Shown: positions 1 to 10,790, counted from the first letter of the stretch. The stretch: DNA of 25,391 nucleotides from Octopus sinensis (GCF_006345805.1 NW_021836111.1:1-25391), one strand, 5' to 3'. Notes: generated from the sequence alone by a model not told the origin. Numbers and translations: made by a program.

Positions 1-35
1 AGTGCTCAATACCGGATATGTGGATAAAATTACTT

Positions 36-276
36 TATTTCTGTATTAAGGGGGCCGTTGGTTCCTTGTTCAGAAAATACTTTAATACCTTAACAATTTT
101 TCAAAGTTATCACCTGGAGGAATGGTGTTCATCTTCACTTTGGATGAAAACAATTTTACAGCTTTTATCCAAAATGGAAGCGAACACCATTCCTCCATGT
201 GATCAGCTTGAAAAATTGCTGAGATATTAAGATATTTGCCGAACGTGAAACCAATGGTAGCATTAATACACAAATA
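36..276. repeat. Long imperfect palindrome (two ~116-bp arms, 9-nt loop), old palindromic MITE-like or hairpin element
   Basis: Position i pairs with 312-i without gaps from 36-151 to 161-276. The core TGGAGGAATGGTGTTC (115-130) pairs perfectly with 182-197. Many mismatches are transitions. This explains why ORFs 18..230(+) and 82..273(-) translate to similar peptides. Confidence 0.9.
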
Positions 277-399
277 TAAAATATATATATAACCACTAGC
301 CCATGTACCTCCACTTCCTTTATTTTTCTTCTCTTAAACTCGTTCCTTTCTCTCTCTCTTTCTCTCTGTCTGTCTTTCTCTGTTACCCTTCTCCCACTC

Positions 400-434
400 T
401 CACGTGACCCGTGACGACCTAAGGGTCACGTGAC
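400..434. promoter_or_regulatory. Pair of inverted E-box/CLEAR-type motifs (TCACGTGAC and GTCACGTGAC) in a probable promoter
   Basis: TCACGTGACCC at 400-410 and GGGTCACGTGAC at 423-434. Followed by a CpG-containing, less AT-rich stretch and a candidate early exon. GTCACGTGAC is the MiT/TFE (CLEAR) and USF-type consensus. Confidence 0.6.
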
Positions 435-641
435 AGTGGGGGAAGTGGGTTGCTTTCGACCGTACTGAATACGATTTCCTGAGCTGCTCGCTCTGCGTTG
501 TATATGTATTATAATTATCAATCATTGTCTTCGTTGTCTTCGTTGTCCCCGAGACGTTATTCTATTTATTGTTATTTCCCCCCCACCCCATCCGCCCATT
601 GACGGTCTCGTCTCTTGTCCGTTTTCTTTTGTTATGTTCAG

Positions 642-732
642 GTCCAATTCCCGGCAAGTTTCCTGTCGGTGCTTCCTGATTCGTAGCAATATCATCGATA
701 ATGGCCGAAATTGCGTTTGACCCCTTTGGTCG
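642..732 (+). other. Candidate early exon of a + strand gene, ATG at 701 (MAEIAFDPFGR)
   Basis: Pyrimidine tract plus TTCAG acceptor at 640-641. ATG context gataATGG. Two possible donors: TTG|GTCGGT after 728 or TCG|GTAACT after 732. Product not recognised. Confidence 0.4.
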
Positions 733-822
733 GTAACTGATGAAGAATTGGTGACCTACGTTTTCTTTCCGCTGTGTATTTAGTATATGTTCGTTTTTTT
801 TATATTTACTACCTGCACATAT

Positions 823-835
823 ACATATATATATA

Positions 836-911
<76 letters not shown>

Positions 912-920
912 ATATATATA
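823..920. repeat. (TA)n microsatellite
   Basis: Direct reading. Confidence 0.95.
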
Positions 921-1055
921 GGTAGGTCATATTTTCCATCTTTATTTCATCTGGATATATGTGGTGCGTTTATCTGTATGTATCTGTGTGGTTCATGTGT
1001 TTGTAATCGGTACGGTTTTGTTTCACTCCACAACCTAGCGGTCCGCTACAGATAG

Positions 1056-1240
1056 GAATAACAACAACAATAACAACAACATAACAATAATAATAATGAT
1101 AGTAATAATCATCATCATCGTCATCAACATCATTATCATCATCATCATCATCAGGAACAGCCTTGTAGTTGTTGTTGGTGTTATTACTACTACTACTACT
1201 ACTACCAGCACCACTATTATTGTTACCATTATTATTAATA
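1056..1240. repeat. Mixed trinucleotide low-complexity tract (AAC/AAT/ATC then GTT/ACT/ATT)
   Basis: Direct reading. Confidence 0.9.
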
Positions 1241-1594
1241 TTTGACGCCGTTTCTTTTTCTGGCCAGAAAATTCAATTTACAGCTTCACTTTGAAAATAT
1301 CGAACGAAAACTTCTTCTAAAAGAAAAACAAAACAAAAAAAAAACAAAGAAATAAGAAAGAAATCATATTTCCTTTATATATTTTTAATATACAGTTTAA
1401 ACCTCATTATTCGCTTTCACTCTAACCTAATTCTAAGATGTCTACAAGATATTATATAAAATTACTCTTTGTACGAGGTTACTGCAGTTTTTTATTGTCA
1501 GTTTGTTTTTCTAAAATGTCTGACTTACGAAGATTGTGTTGTACGTATTTTATTTGCAGCTAAGTCACTGTAAGATTTTTCTTTTTCTACTCAG

Positions 1595-1647
1595 CTAAGA
1601 TACGAAGATGCAGTTCTGTTTCAAACCGTTGCTTTTTTACAAGACCT
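1595..1647 (+). other. Candidate 53-nt internal exon
   Basis: Strong acceptor (TTTTTCTTTTTCTACTCAG) and donor CCT|GTATGT. Open when entered in phase 1 (KIRRCSSVSNRCFFTRP) or phase 0 (LRYEDAVLFQTVAFLQD). Could also be UTR. Confidence 0.4.
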
Positions 1648-1944
1648 GTATGTTGTTTGCGGAACAAAACAAAACAAAATAAGACCGTTTTACTGTAACT
1701 AGAATTTATGCTAATTTTCTTCGTAATGTATTAGGTTGAACGTGGATTAGGGATTTGTTATAATTCGATATACTTAACTAGACTGGATCACCTTCAAAAG
1801 GAATATTTATTTGATCGATGTCGTTCATGACTTAACTCCAAATTTAATTGGGCAATATTCATGTGAAATACTCCATGAAATGGAGGTGCCACAAACACAC
1901 ATACACACACACACACACAAAAGGAAAACTAAATCGTGTGCATG

Positions 1945-2346
1945 ATGATAATGATGGTGATGATGATGGTGGGGGTAGTGGTGGTAAGGATGATGATGAT
2001 GATGACGATTACGATGATGATAGTGGTGGTGGCGGTGGCGATGATGATGACGGCGACAACCATAACGACGATGATGACGACTACGACAACAATGATGATG
2101 ATGATGAGGGGGGAGGAGGAGCATGATTATGGCGACGATAACGATGATGACGACGACCACAACGATGATGAGGAGGAGGAAAGGGGGATAATGATGATGA
2201 CAATGATGATAGTGATGATAATGATCAGAACGATAAACGGTGATGGCGATAATAAGATGACGACGACGACGATGAGCACGATGATGAAGACGTTGATGAT
2301 GATGATAACGATGATAGTAATGATGACAACGATGAACGGTGACGAT

Positions 2347-2378
<32 letters not shown>

Positions 2379-2388
2379 TGACGATGAC

Positions 2389-2450
<62 letters not shown>

Positions 2451-2478
2451 CGATGACGAGGATGGTGACGATGGTGGG
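1945..2478. repeat. Degenerate (GAT/GAC/GGT)n trinucleotide array with pure (GAT)n core near 2390-2448
   Basis: Direct reading; source of the poly-D/M/S ORF artefacts. Confidence 0.95.
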
Positions 2479-2559
2479 TATGTTAAAAAAAAGAACCAGA
2501 GAATGGCTGCAGTGCGCGAGCTGAAATTAGTAATGAAATAAAAAATTACAACCAACAAT

Positions 2560-3290
2560 AGAAACAACACCAATACTAAAAACAATACCACCACCGCCAC
2601 AATATAATAACGACATCAACAGCGATCACAACAACAGTAACACTTCTGTAACCTTTATCACCATCAACCATCACCTACATCATAAACTACAACCACCAGC
2701 ACCACCAGCACAACCACAACCACATCCACCACAACCACCACCACATAGCATCACACTCGCACCTCTGCCACCACTACTGCCACCAACATAATAGCAATCA
2801 CTACTACCTCACCAACAGCCACCAATGCATCCACCACACAGCATCACCATCGCATCTCTGCTATAACCACCACTACTACCACCAACACCACCGAAATCAC
2901 CACACACCACCAAAAAACACTACCGCAACTATTACCACCTCTACAGCAAAAACCACCACTTCCATAACAACCACCACTACCACCTCCACCACCTCCACCA
3001 CCACTACCACCACCACCACCACCTCCATAACAACAAACACCACTACCTCCACAAAACCCCCACCCCCACCTCCGCAACAGCCACCACCACGTCCGCAACC
3101 ACGACCACGACCACCACCTCCATAACAACAACCAGCACCATCTTCACAACAACCACCACCACCACTTCCACAACAAACACCACCTCCACAGCAGCCACCA
3201 CCACCTCCACATTACCCTTCACCACCAACAACACCATCACCTCGCCCCACTCCACCCAAGAACAACAACATCCAAACAACCCAATCCATT
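2560..3290. repeat. Degenerate (ACC/AAC/CAC)n trinucleotide array
   Basis: Direct reading. Confidence 0.95.
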
Positions 3291-3550
3291 CAAGAATACA
3301 AACATGTAATATCAACTGTTGAACTTTCCACTTGATTTATTAATCTCACCATTCTTTACGTCTTCGATAAATTCCTTCTTTTATTGTTTTGAAGAAATTA
3401 CCACAATATCGGCATCGGTGCGCAATCCTCCCTTTATTCTACCAATCTTCAGAAGGGCGAGACTCCTTACAAGATTCCCTATACGAAACAGTATATCAGA
3501 ATTGCGTGTGTGTGTGTGTCTGTCTGTCTGTGTGTGTTTGTGTGTGTATA

Positions 3551-3712
3551 TAGTAATCCTTCGTCCGACTATCGCGGGTGTTACGTTCCAAAACCGCCCT
3601 AAAACAATATAAATACCTATCGACCGTAGAAACCCGCGATATACTGTATTCACATATAGCGAGAAAAATCCGAGTGCGTGATGATAGATGAACCGCGAAA
3701 TGGCGAGTATTT
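3551..3712. mobile_element. Degenerate Tc1/mariner-pogo (Tigger-like) MITE
   Basis: Starts TA-TAGTAATCCTTCG, resembling CAGTAATCCCTCG-type TIRs. Repeated CGCG motifs (TATCGCGGG...CCCGCGATA, GAACCGCGAAATGGCGAG) are typical of Tigger-like MITE ends. The right TIR is eroded. Confidence 0.55.
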
Positions 3713-3905
3713 CGTTTGATTAATTTTAATACTTCAGCTATTTAATGCTTTCTTTGGGGCCTACAATCGCCTATATTACTGATTCTCTTATTTCTAAATT
3801 GCTACAATCGATAGTAATTGAGTCAATATATTCGCAAATTATTTCTTCGTAATTTACTTGCTCTGTATACACACACATATACATATATATGTGTGTGTAT
3901 AAATA

Positions 3906-3937
<32 letters not shown>

Positions 3938-3940
3938 ATG

Positions 3941-3992
3941 AATATTAGGGAATAATCCAAATTTACAGGGAAAAAATCAGATTAGGATTAAA
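3941..3992 (-). mobile_element. Fragment of the dispersed repeat also at 7118-7390 and 16108-16273
   Basis: Reverse complement TTTAATCCTAATCTGATTTTTTCCCTGTAAATTTGGA matches the 3' part of those copies. Confidence 0.75.
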
Positions 3993-4029
<37 letters not shown>

Positions 4030-4350
4030 ATATATATATAATATATATAATATATATATAATATATAACATATATATATATATATAGATAGATAAGAAAG
4101 AAGGTTTGTGAATATATATATTATATATATATATACATATTATATATGATATATATATATATATATATAGATATATAATATAGATATATATATATATACA
4201 TATGTATATATAGATACATATGTATATATATATATATATGTATATATATACATATACGCATATGTACATACATACATATGTATATAATATATATTATATA
4301 TAATCTATATATATACATATATATATATATTATATATATATATATATATA
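3993..4350. repeat. Long interrupted (TA)n/(TACA)n microsatellite
   Basis: Direct reading. Confidence 0.95.
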
Positions 4351-4380
4351 AAGCACATACTTTGCATATATATTGTATAT

Positions 4381-4428
4381 ATGGCTCATGGTTAGAGCAT
4401 CGAGCTTACGATCACGAGGTTGTGAGTT
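4381..4428 (+). mobile_element. Isolated tRNA-derived SINE head
   Basis: ATGGCTCATGGTTAGAGCATCGAGCTTACGATCACGAGGTTGTGAGTTT: A-box-like motif and partial B box, as in the CORE-like SINE heads at 12052 and 17860. Confidence 0.55.
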
Positions 4429-4692
4429 TTCTTTTTATTATTCTTCCTCTCAGATGATTAATTTAATGTATCAATCGAAACATATGTCGGTGATATGGTG
4501 ATGTAAATGACTTCAATAACATCTTGTGCGTTTGTCTCCATTTTTCATTACTCTTATGTTCTCCAAAACACGTCTCATTTCTCGGAATTATCAACCATAC
4601 AGCTGTGGTTACTAATTGTATCTTTGGATCATACCTTATAAATTAATATATATATACATACACGCACAAACACACACACACACACACACACA

Positions 4693-4723
<31 letters not shown>

Positions 4724-4741
4724 TTATATATATATATATAT

Positions 4742-4900
4742 TGGGAGAGTTTACGAAAAAAACAAAAGACGAAGACAGGTGGTGTATAATGCAAACAGAT
4801 GTATTAGTATAACGCTCAGGAATAGAAAAAGTATTCTACGTTTCGAACCTACGCTCTTCTACAGAAAGGGACGCAGAAAAAAAACAAGGAGAGAAAAATG
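4742..4900 (-). mobile_element. Penelope-like element terminal remnant (hammerhead-bearing family, copy 1)
   Basis: On - strand GAAGAGCGTAGGTTCGAAACGTAGAA...TTCCTGAGCGTTATACTAATAC, homologous to 10671-10790 and 20026-20110. Confidence 0.65.
4833..4869 (-). ncRNA. Degenerate minimal hammerhead-ribozyme-like motif
   Basis: CCUUU-CUGUAGA-A-GAGC-GUAG-GUUC-GAAA-CGUA-GAA. The core has U at position 6 where the canonical CUGANGA has A. Confidence 0.4.
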
Positions 4901-5393
4901 GAGAGAAAATTGTGTGTAGCGACTAACGATCTATCATGGCGACTATATATATATAATATATATATATATATACGTGTTGGATAGGTGCTAACAAGCGAAA
5001 CTCGATCCTTATTGCTAAGTATTAATATATGTATATCTTTATAAATACTGTTGGTAATGGTGGTGTTGAGGGTGATAATGCTGCGTTGTTGTTGTTGTTG
5101 TTGTTGGAGAAAGTATTGTTCATGCTCTCTCACAAGGAGACGAATGGGAGGATGTACCCTTAAACTAGAGAACCTGCCCGATTACCTGCAACACCGTCGT
5201 CCCCGTTCCCAGGCCTCCCGAGACTCCAGATGGTGGTATTGGAACAGAGGACGCATTAACTACCACTTAGGTAGGCCATATCAATATTTGAACGCGCAGA
5301 ACGCAAAGAACGTCGGGAAGAATTTCCTCGAACCACTGCCAACGAGTGGTACATTTTATCAGCAGCGGAAAAATAAAAGATTAAATTCGTCTC

Positions 5394-5567
5394 GGACAGC
5401 TGGCAGAAGCGTTAGGGCGGTAGGCGAAATGCGTTTCATCCTTCCGGGGTCGATAAATTAAGGACCAGTTACGCACTGGGGTCGATATAATCAACTTAAT
5501 CCGTTTGTCTGTCCTTGTTTGTCCCCTCTGTGTTTAGCCCCTTGTGGGTAGTAAAGAAATAGGTATT
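5394..5567 (+). mobile_element. tRNA-derived SINE (GGCGGTGAGCTGGCAG family), internally deleted, inserted into an opposite-strand relative spanning ~5340-5660
   Basis: GCTGGCAGAAGCGTTAG head, TTTCATCCTTCCGGGGTCGATAAATTAAG central domain, tail ...GTAGTAAAGAAATAGGTATT. Same family as 17875-18085 and 24801-25017. Confidence 0.85.
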
Positions 5568-5869
5568 TGAACTCAGAGTGCAGAAACTCCGAACAAACGC
5601 TGCGAAACGTTCTCTTCGACAATCCACGGTCCCCCCTCAAATGCTTCAACAACTCTACCAGTCTTTCTGTACCAACCTTTCTGTTCTAGAATTCCAAACT
5701 TGAATTTCCTATACAAGATAATCGATATAATTACCAATTTTTTTCTGAAATTACGTAATAAAATTTACAGTTCAGGTTCTTTCGAGGTATCGATTACCTG
5801 GTAACACCTACGCGCACACAAACACACCTACACAATATTTCACGTACACGTTTGTAGATGTTTGCATGC

Positions 5870-5892
5870 CTGTATGTATGTATGTATGTATG

Positions 5893-5926
<34 letters not shown>

Positions 5927-6053
5927 TGTATGTATGTATGTATGTATATATGTATGTATGTATGTGTGTATGTATGTATGTATGTATGTATGTATGTATG
6001 TATGCATATATCTATGTATGCGAGCAAGTATTTTATATGCGAATGCTTGAATA

Positions 6054-6135
<82 letters not shown>
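5870..6135. repeat. Compound (TATG)n, (GT)n, (AG)n microsatellite
   Basis: Direct reading. Confidence 0.95.
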
Positions 6136-6138
<3 letters not shown>

Positions 6139-6589
6139 GTCTGTACATTTATATCGGAATTAGATGCTCTCGAACAGTTTGGAAATTCTCTTCGTAATAA
6201 CATTGTTCTACGTTTGATACCTTCGTGCATCACTTCAGGCGAGTATTTTTTATTGTGGTATCACACTGACAAAACTCGCTTTACAATTAGTTAGAGGCAA
6301 ACTGCATGAAAATCCTTAATAGAGAATGCTCTAGAAATTCAAAAGACCGTTAATGAGACACAGCGACGTTTGTGCTAGAATACTACCTCAGGGCTGAATT
6401 GCTTTGTGAAACACTTAATCCCTTAAGCCCTAAATCAGCAACATTCTTCTTTGTCTCTTTATTCTTAGGAGGATAGTAGCGGCACATTTCTCAGGAAACT
6501 CCTAAATACTGTTTTATTAAAAGCAATGGTCATTAAACTTTCTTTCTGGATCGACTATAAGTGTGGATATTAGCCAACCATCTTGGTAG

Positions 6590-6845
6590 GTGATGACGAC
6601 GAGTGTTACAGGTGGTCCGATCAACGGAACAACCTGCTCGTAAAATATACGACTACCATTAACGCTGTTGTCAGGGAGATTCAGTGTGACGCTAGTTGTA
6701 ACAAGGCTGGCCCTTTGAAGTACAGGTACTACTTACATGTGACAGCTGAGTGGACTGGGGCTGGGTCAAATAGAGTTTCCTGGCTCAAGACAACGCACCG
6801 CTGGAAATCAAGCTCGTGACCATACAACCCTGAGCCGATTCCATG
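6590..6845 (-). mobile_element. Diverged CORE-like tRNA SINE
   Basis: Reverse complement aligns with 12075-12360 (CCAGTCCACTCAGCTG core, CAGCCTTGTTAC, TCCCTGA, CACGAGCAGG..CCGTTGATCGGA, CTCGTCGTCATCA tail). Confidence 0.8.
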
Positions 6846-7117
6846 GAGTAAAGAATGAGTACAAGAGAGATCGAGTTGAGTAGGTATGAAGGCACTTATT
6901 TGGATAAACAATTTAAATACATTAAATATAAAAGTTTTGTTATGAAATAAAAAAATATATCATATATATATATGTCATCATATATGTCTTCATGCAAAAC
7001 GAAGGAAAGTAAAATGTGGAGAAATTCTGACGATGAATATTTATATTGATAGATCCAATTTATCCTTTCTCTTGTTTTGCATGAATATATATATGTATGT
7101 ATATAAAATATGAACTA

Positions 7118-7390
7118 GAGATAAAACCACTATTAGGCAACTCAAACAGTGATAGACATAAACCAATACATAAATAACAAATAATATAAATATAATTAAT
7201 ATAATATATAATATATATATATAAATATATAATTATATAATTGTTTTTTTCCAAAAAGTATTTAAAAGAATGATAAATATAATATAATAAGTGGTTTTTA
7301 TCTCTAATTCATATTTCATATATTTATACTGTGAAATTTGATTTAATACTAAATCTAATTTTCCCTGTAAGTTTGGAGCTATACTCCCTA
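7118..7390 (+). mobile_element. Dispersed repeat with internal hairpin (GAGATAAAACCACTATT family), with an AT-rich expansion in the loop
   Basis: Near-identical to 16108-16273 outside the ~100-bp AT-rich insert. Confidence 0.8.
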
Positions 7391-7411
7391 TTATATATTA
7401 TTATATGTATG

Positions 7412-7444
<33 letters not shown>

Positions 7445-7554
7445 TATTGGGTGTGTGTGTGTGTGTGTGTGTGGTGTGTGTGGTATGCATATTTTGTATT
7501 TCATAGCCAAACTTTTATATTTAATATATCTAATTTGTTTTTTCCACATAATTG

Positions 7555-7935
7555 CGTATATGTTTTTTACTCCATGCTGAAGCCACCCCTTTTGTCCAAA
7601 GAATCGACCCCAACATTTATTTTTCGTAAGCCTAGTGTTTCTTTTATTTTCCCCGAATTGCTAAGTTACAGGGACATAAACACACCAATATCGGTTGCCA
7701 AGTTGTAATGGTGGGACAAACACAGACACACAAATACGTACATATATCTGTCTATCTATATATACAGACGACAGGCTTCTTTCAGTTTCCATCTACCAAT
7801 TCGACTCACAAGTCTTTGGTCGGCCAGAGGCTATATAAGAAAATAGTAGCCCAAGGTGCCATGCAGTGGGACTGAACCCGGAGCCATGTGGCTGGGAAGT
7901 AAGCTTCCTACCCCACAGCCACTGTTGCACCTATG
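7555..7935 (-). mobile_element. Composite tRNA SINE (module A + microsatellite + module B), diverged full copy
   Basis: Reverse complement matches 20687-21104 and 23577-23987. Confidence 0.85.
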
Positions 7936-8004
7936 GGTATATGTGTGTGTATGTGTGTGTGTATGTGTGTGTGTGTGTGCGCGCGCGCGTCTGTGTGAGC
8001 GTCT

Positions 8005-8210
8005 GTGTGTTTGTCTTTGTCCTCCCCATACTGCTTGCTAGCTGGGGTTGCTGTGTTTCAGACATTGTAACCTAGCGGTGCAGCAAAAGAGTCCGATAGA
8101 AAATTATCAAGCTGAAACAAGTACTGGAGGTCTATATATTTGACTAAAACATTCTTCAAAGCTGAGCTCCAGGATGGCCGCAGTCGCATGACTGAAACAA
8201 GAAAAAGAAG
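8005..8210 (+). mobile_element. Composite SINE, module B only, diverged
   Basis: GTAACCTAGCGGTGCAGCAAAAGAGTCCGATAGAA...CTCCAGGATGGCCGCAGTCGCATGACTGAAACAAG. Confidence 0.8.
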
Positions 8211-9309
8211 CCAGACTGTAATATGAATCCCAGTTGCTGTATAATGTCCTCATCACACAAAATCATTCTGCTTCGAGATGATAGCTATAATGTTTTGGCG
8301 GTAAAACTACTTCTGGTTCGGCACGGATGTATTGTAAACGGGAAAGAACGGCAAGGATACCAACGGAATTCTACATCACCCCGTAATATATACACACATA
8401 TATATATGGTTTCTGAACAATTTCATTTCAATTCTCAGTAATAGAAAAACTCTATTGTAATAATAAACGCTGGATTTGTGACAAATTCTGCAACGCATCT
8501 AGTAAAGTGAGACATGTAATTTTGGCAACGAAACGAAACCTTTTATTGTTACCAGACGTTTTAAGCTGCCGTTTATACTGAAAATCTAAAAATTACTTTC
8601 CCCGTAGGAATGAAACAAATTACATATATTGGTAAGGTCTGCTTAAATAAATATTGTGAAAATTTCCCTGAAGAAATTTCTGAAGCATAAATCTGTTGAA
8701 CATGCCAAATACAAGCTCTGGACTTCCAATTTGGAACCGCCATGTTTGTTTTCGTATGCACACGTGTGAGTATGTATATGCCTATGTATGTATATACATA
8801 CGTATATACATGTACATACATACTTACATACACACGTGTGAGTGTGTGTGAATGAGTGTGTGTGTGTCCATATACGTATTATTTCTATGGATGTTTTCGT
8901 GAATCGAACATTTTCTAATTAAGCAGACGACAGGACAAACCGACAGTGGTATTATATTGTGGTTTATGAAGTCTGGGTTCGTATCCTAAGTCAACTTTGC
9001 AAATCATTAAAAGCGAAAGCGATAAAGTAAAGCAACAATAGAGGGCTGGGGACGATTTCATTGCATTTACACTCTCCTAATCGTGGTTGTCATGTATATC
9101 AATAACATTTTAACAATTCTTTATATATATATATAGTTTCGAAAGGAAAAAGGTTGCTGTTTCTCAGGGATGTGCTCTCATCAGAGCGTATATAAATATT
9201 AACGAAGTAAGAGAAACGTGATTGGTGTGAGAGAGTGGATGTTTTCTTTCATTTCTTAACAGCGGAATCGTAACTCCTGTGGTTTACATAAGCAGCTACA
9301 TCATCCGTC

Positions 9310-9366
<57 letters not shown>

Positions 9367-9386
9367 CGCTATAAAACTGTGTGTGT

Positions 9387-9419
<33 letters not shown>

Positions 9420-9907
9420 TATATATATATATATATATATGTATACTTTTATTTATATATATGTGTGTGTGTGTATGTATTCGTATATATACTTTTACTT
9501 ATATGTATATGTGTGTGTATGTGTGCGCGCGTGCGTGCCTGTGTGTACGTGTGTGATGATGTAGCTCTTATGTAACTCACACAATTTACGAAACAGCTGT
9601 TAACTAATGGGATAAACATTTATTCTTTCACTTCGCTTCTCAGTTTTGGTGAAATCGTATACATATTCTCGTCCATTACGATTCTTTGATCTTTAGGTTA
9701 CACCGTAGCCTCATCTACATTTATTTTTCTCGACAGCCATGCGCCAGGTAGAAGCTTACTGTGAGCTCTGTCTGATTCATTGAATCCTTATCCTTAAGCA
9801 TATTTATATATATATGTTGTGTGTGTGTCTGTATAAGCGTATGTGTTTATGTCTGTATGCATGTAAAATGATTCTCTCTTGCTTCTTGTTTACTCTTTCC
9901 CGTACAG

Positions 9908-10011
9908 AGTTTACGTTTTAAACGATGCAGACAAGTGAATGGTGTCGAAAGAATAATGATATCCGTTAGTCATTTGACGATAAACAAATGCGTTTAATAC
10001 GTGCATTGCCT
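9908..10011 (+). other. Candidate 104-nt exon; all three entry frames hit stops, but ATG at 9988 opens MRLIRALP up to the donor
   Basis: Long pyrimidine tract 9871-9900 plus TACAG acceptor; donor CCT|GTGAGT; ATG context aaacaaATG. Confidence 0.5.
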
Positions 10012-10450
10012 GTGAGTTTTCTGCATCTTGTGTTTTTGTGGCTCTTAGTTGTCCTTCAGTGAAATTATTTTTTCTCGCAGGCTTGAACTTAAGGAATTCT
10101 TCGTTTCTTGTGGTGTTTTCGCTTTTTATATTTTACCATATTTTAATTTTGTGGGTTTGTCTTTAATAGGGATTCTAAATCTAGAAGTTGTAATACTTCT
10201 TTCAAGTTCCTCGTCTATGAGCTTTTTGCAACATATATATATATATATATATATAATATAATATATATATATATATGCATATATATGTAAAAGCCTGTGT
10301 GCATATGTGTGGGTTGAGTGTGCGTATTTTCGTGCGTGCGTGCGAATGTAAGTGTGTAGAATATGTCAGTCTGTCCATCTATCTACCAATCTATTTATAT
10401 CTCACCCCTCTTTTCTCTCTCTCTCTTCCCTTTCTCTGTATGTATATATA

Positions 10451-10499
<49 letters not shown>

Positions 10500-10670
10500 A
10501 TTGTTATACTGTATTTTCTTTACTCGACCGATGCATTTCAATAGTCAAATCTTGTTCAATTGGATAAGGTCTCCCTTTTTATTCGATCTGGTCTTTTGTG
10601 TATTCGATCTGGTCTGAGCACTAATCCGGTTCGTATCTAATTATGATCTTTTGAATTATTTTCATTCATT

Positions 10671-10790
10671 GTTCTACTGGAGAAAAGCGTATGCTCGAAA
10701 CATAAAAAAGAACTTCTGATTTTCTTGAGCGTGAACCTTATACCATGCTTCGTTTTACATCGTGTTCGTGATATAAAAATAATGTGATAT
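10671..10790 (+). mobile_element. Penelope-like terminal remnant, copy 2, with eroded hammerhead-like motif at 10671-10712
   Basis: CTGGAGA-A-AAGCGTATGCTC-GAAA-CATAAAA...TTTCTTGAGCGT. Confidence 0.55.

Noticed and set aside
18-273. Two antiparallel ORFs with similar peptides (EEWCS, NTIPP, EKLLRY)
   Set aside because: The similarity follows directly from the DNA palindrome; no independent coding evidence.
1848-2600. Asp-rich, Met-rich, His-rich and Ser-rich ORFs resembling acidic biomineralisation proteins (also 24359-24853)
   Set aside because: Open in several frames only because GAT/GAC repeats lack stops; no signal peptide or supported splice context.
3381-3480. KIGRIKGGLRTDADIVVIS on - strand, reminiscent of the amidohydrolase C-terminal G.I..G.DAD.V motif
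   Set aside because: Short match, ends in a stop, upstream frame runs through a (CA)n tract and a MITE, no splice sites; probably chance.
701-9747. Join of exon 642-728 with the microexon giving MAEIAFDPFAMRQ, reminiscent of DUF3228-type N-termini
   Set aside because: No downstream exon continuing that family's sequence was found in the window; resemblance too short.
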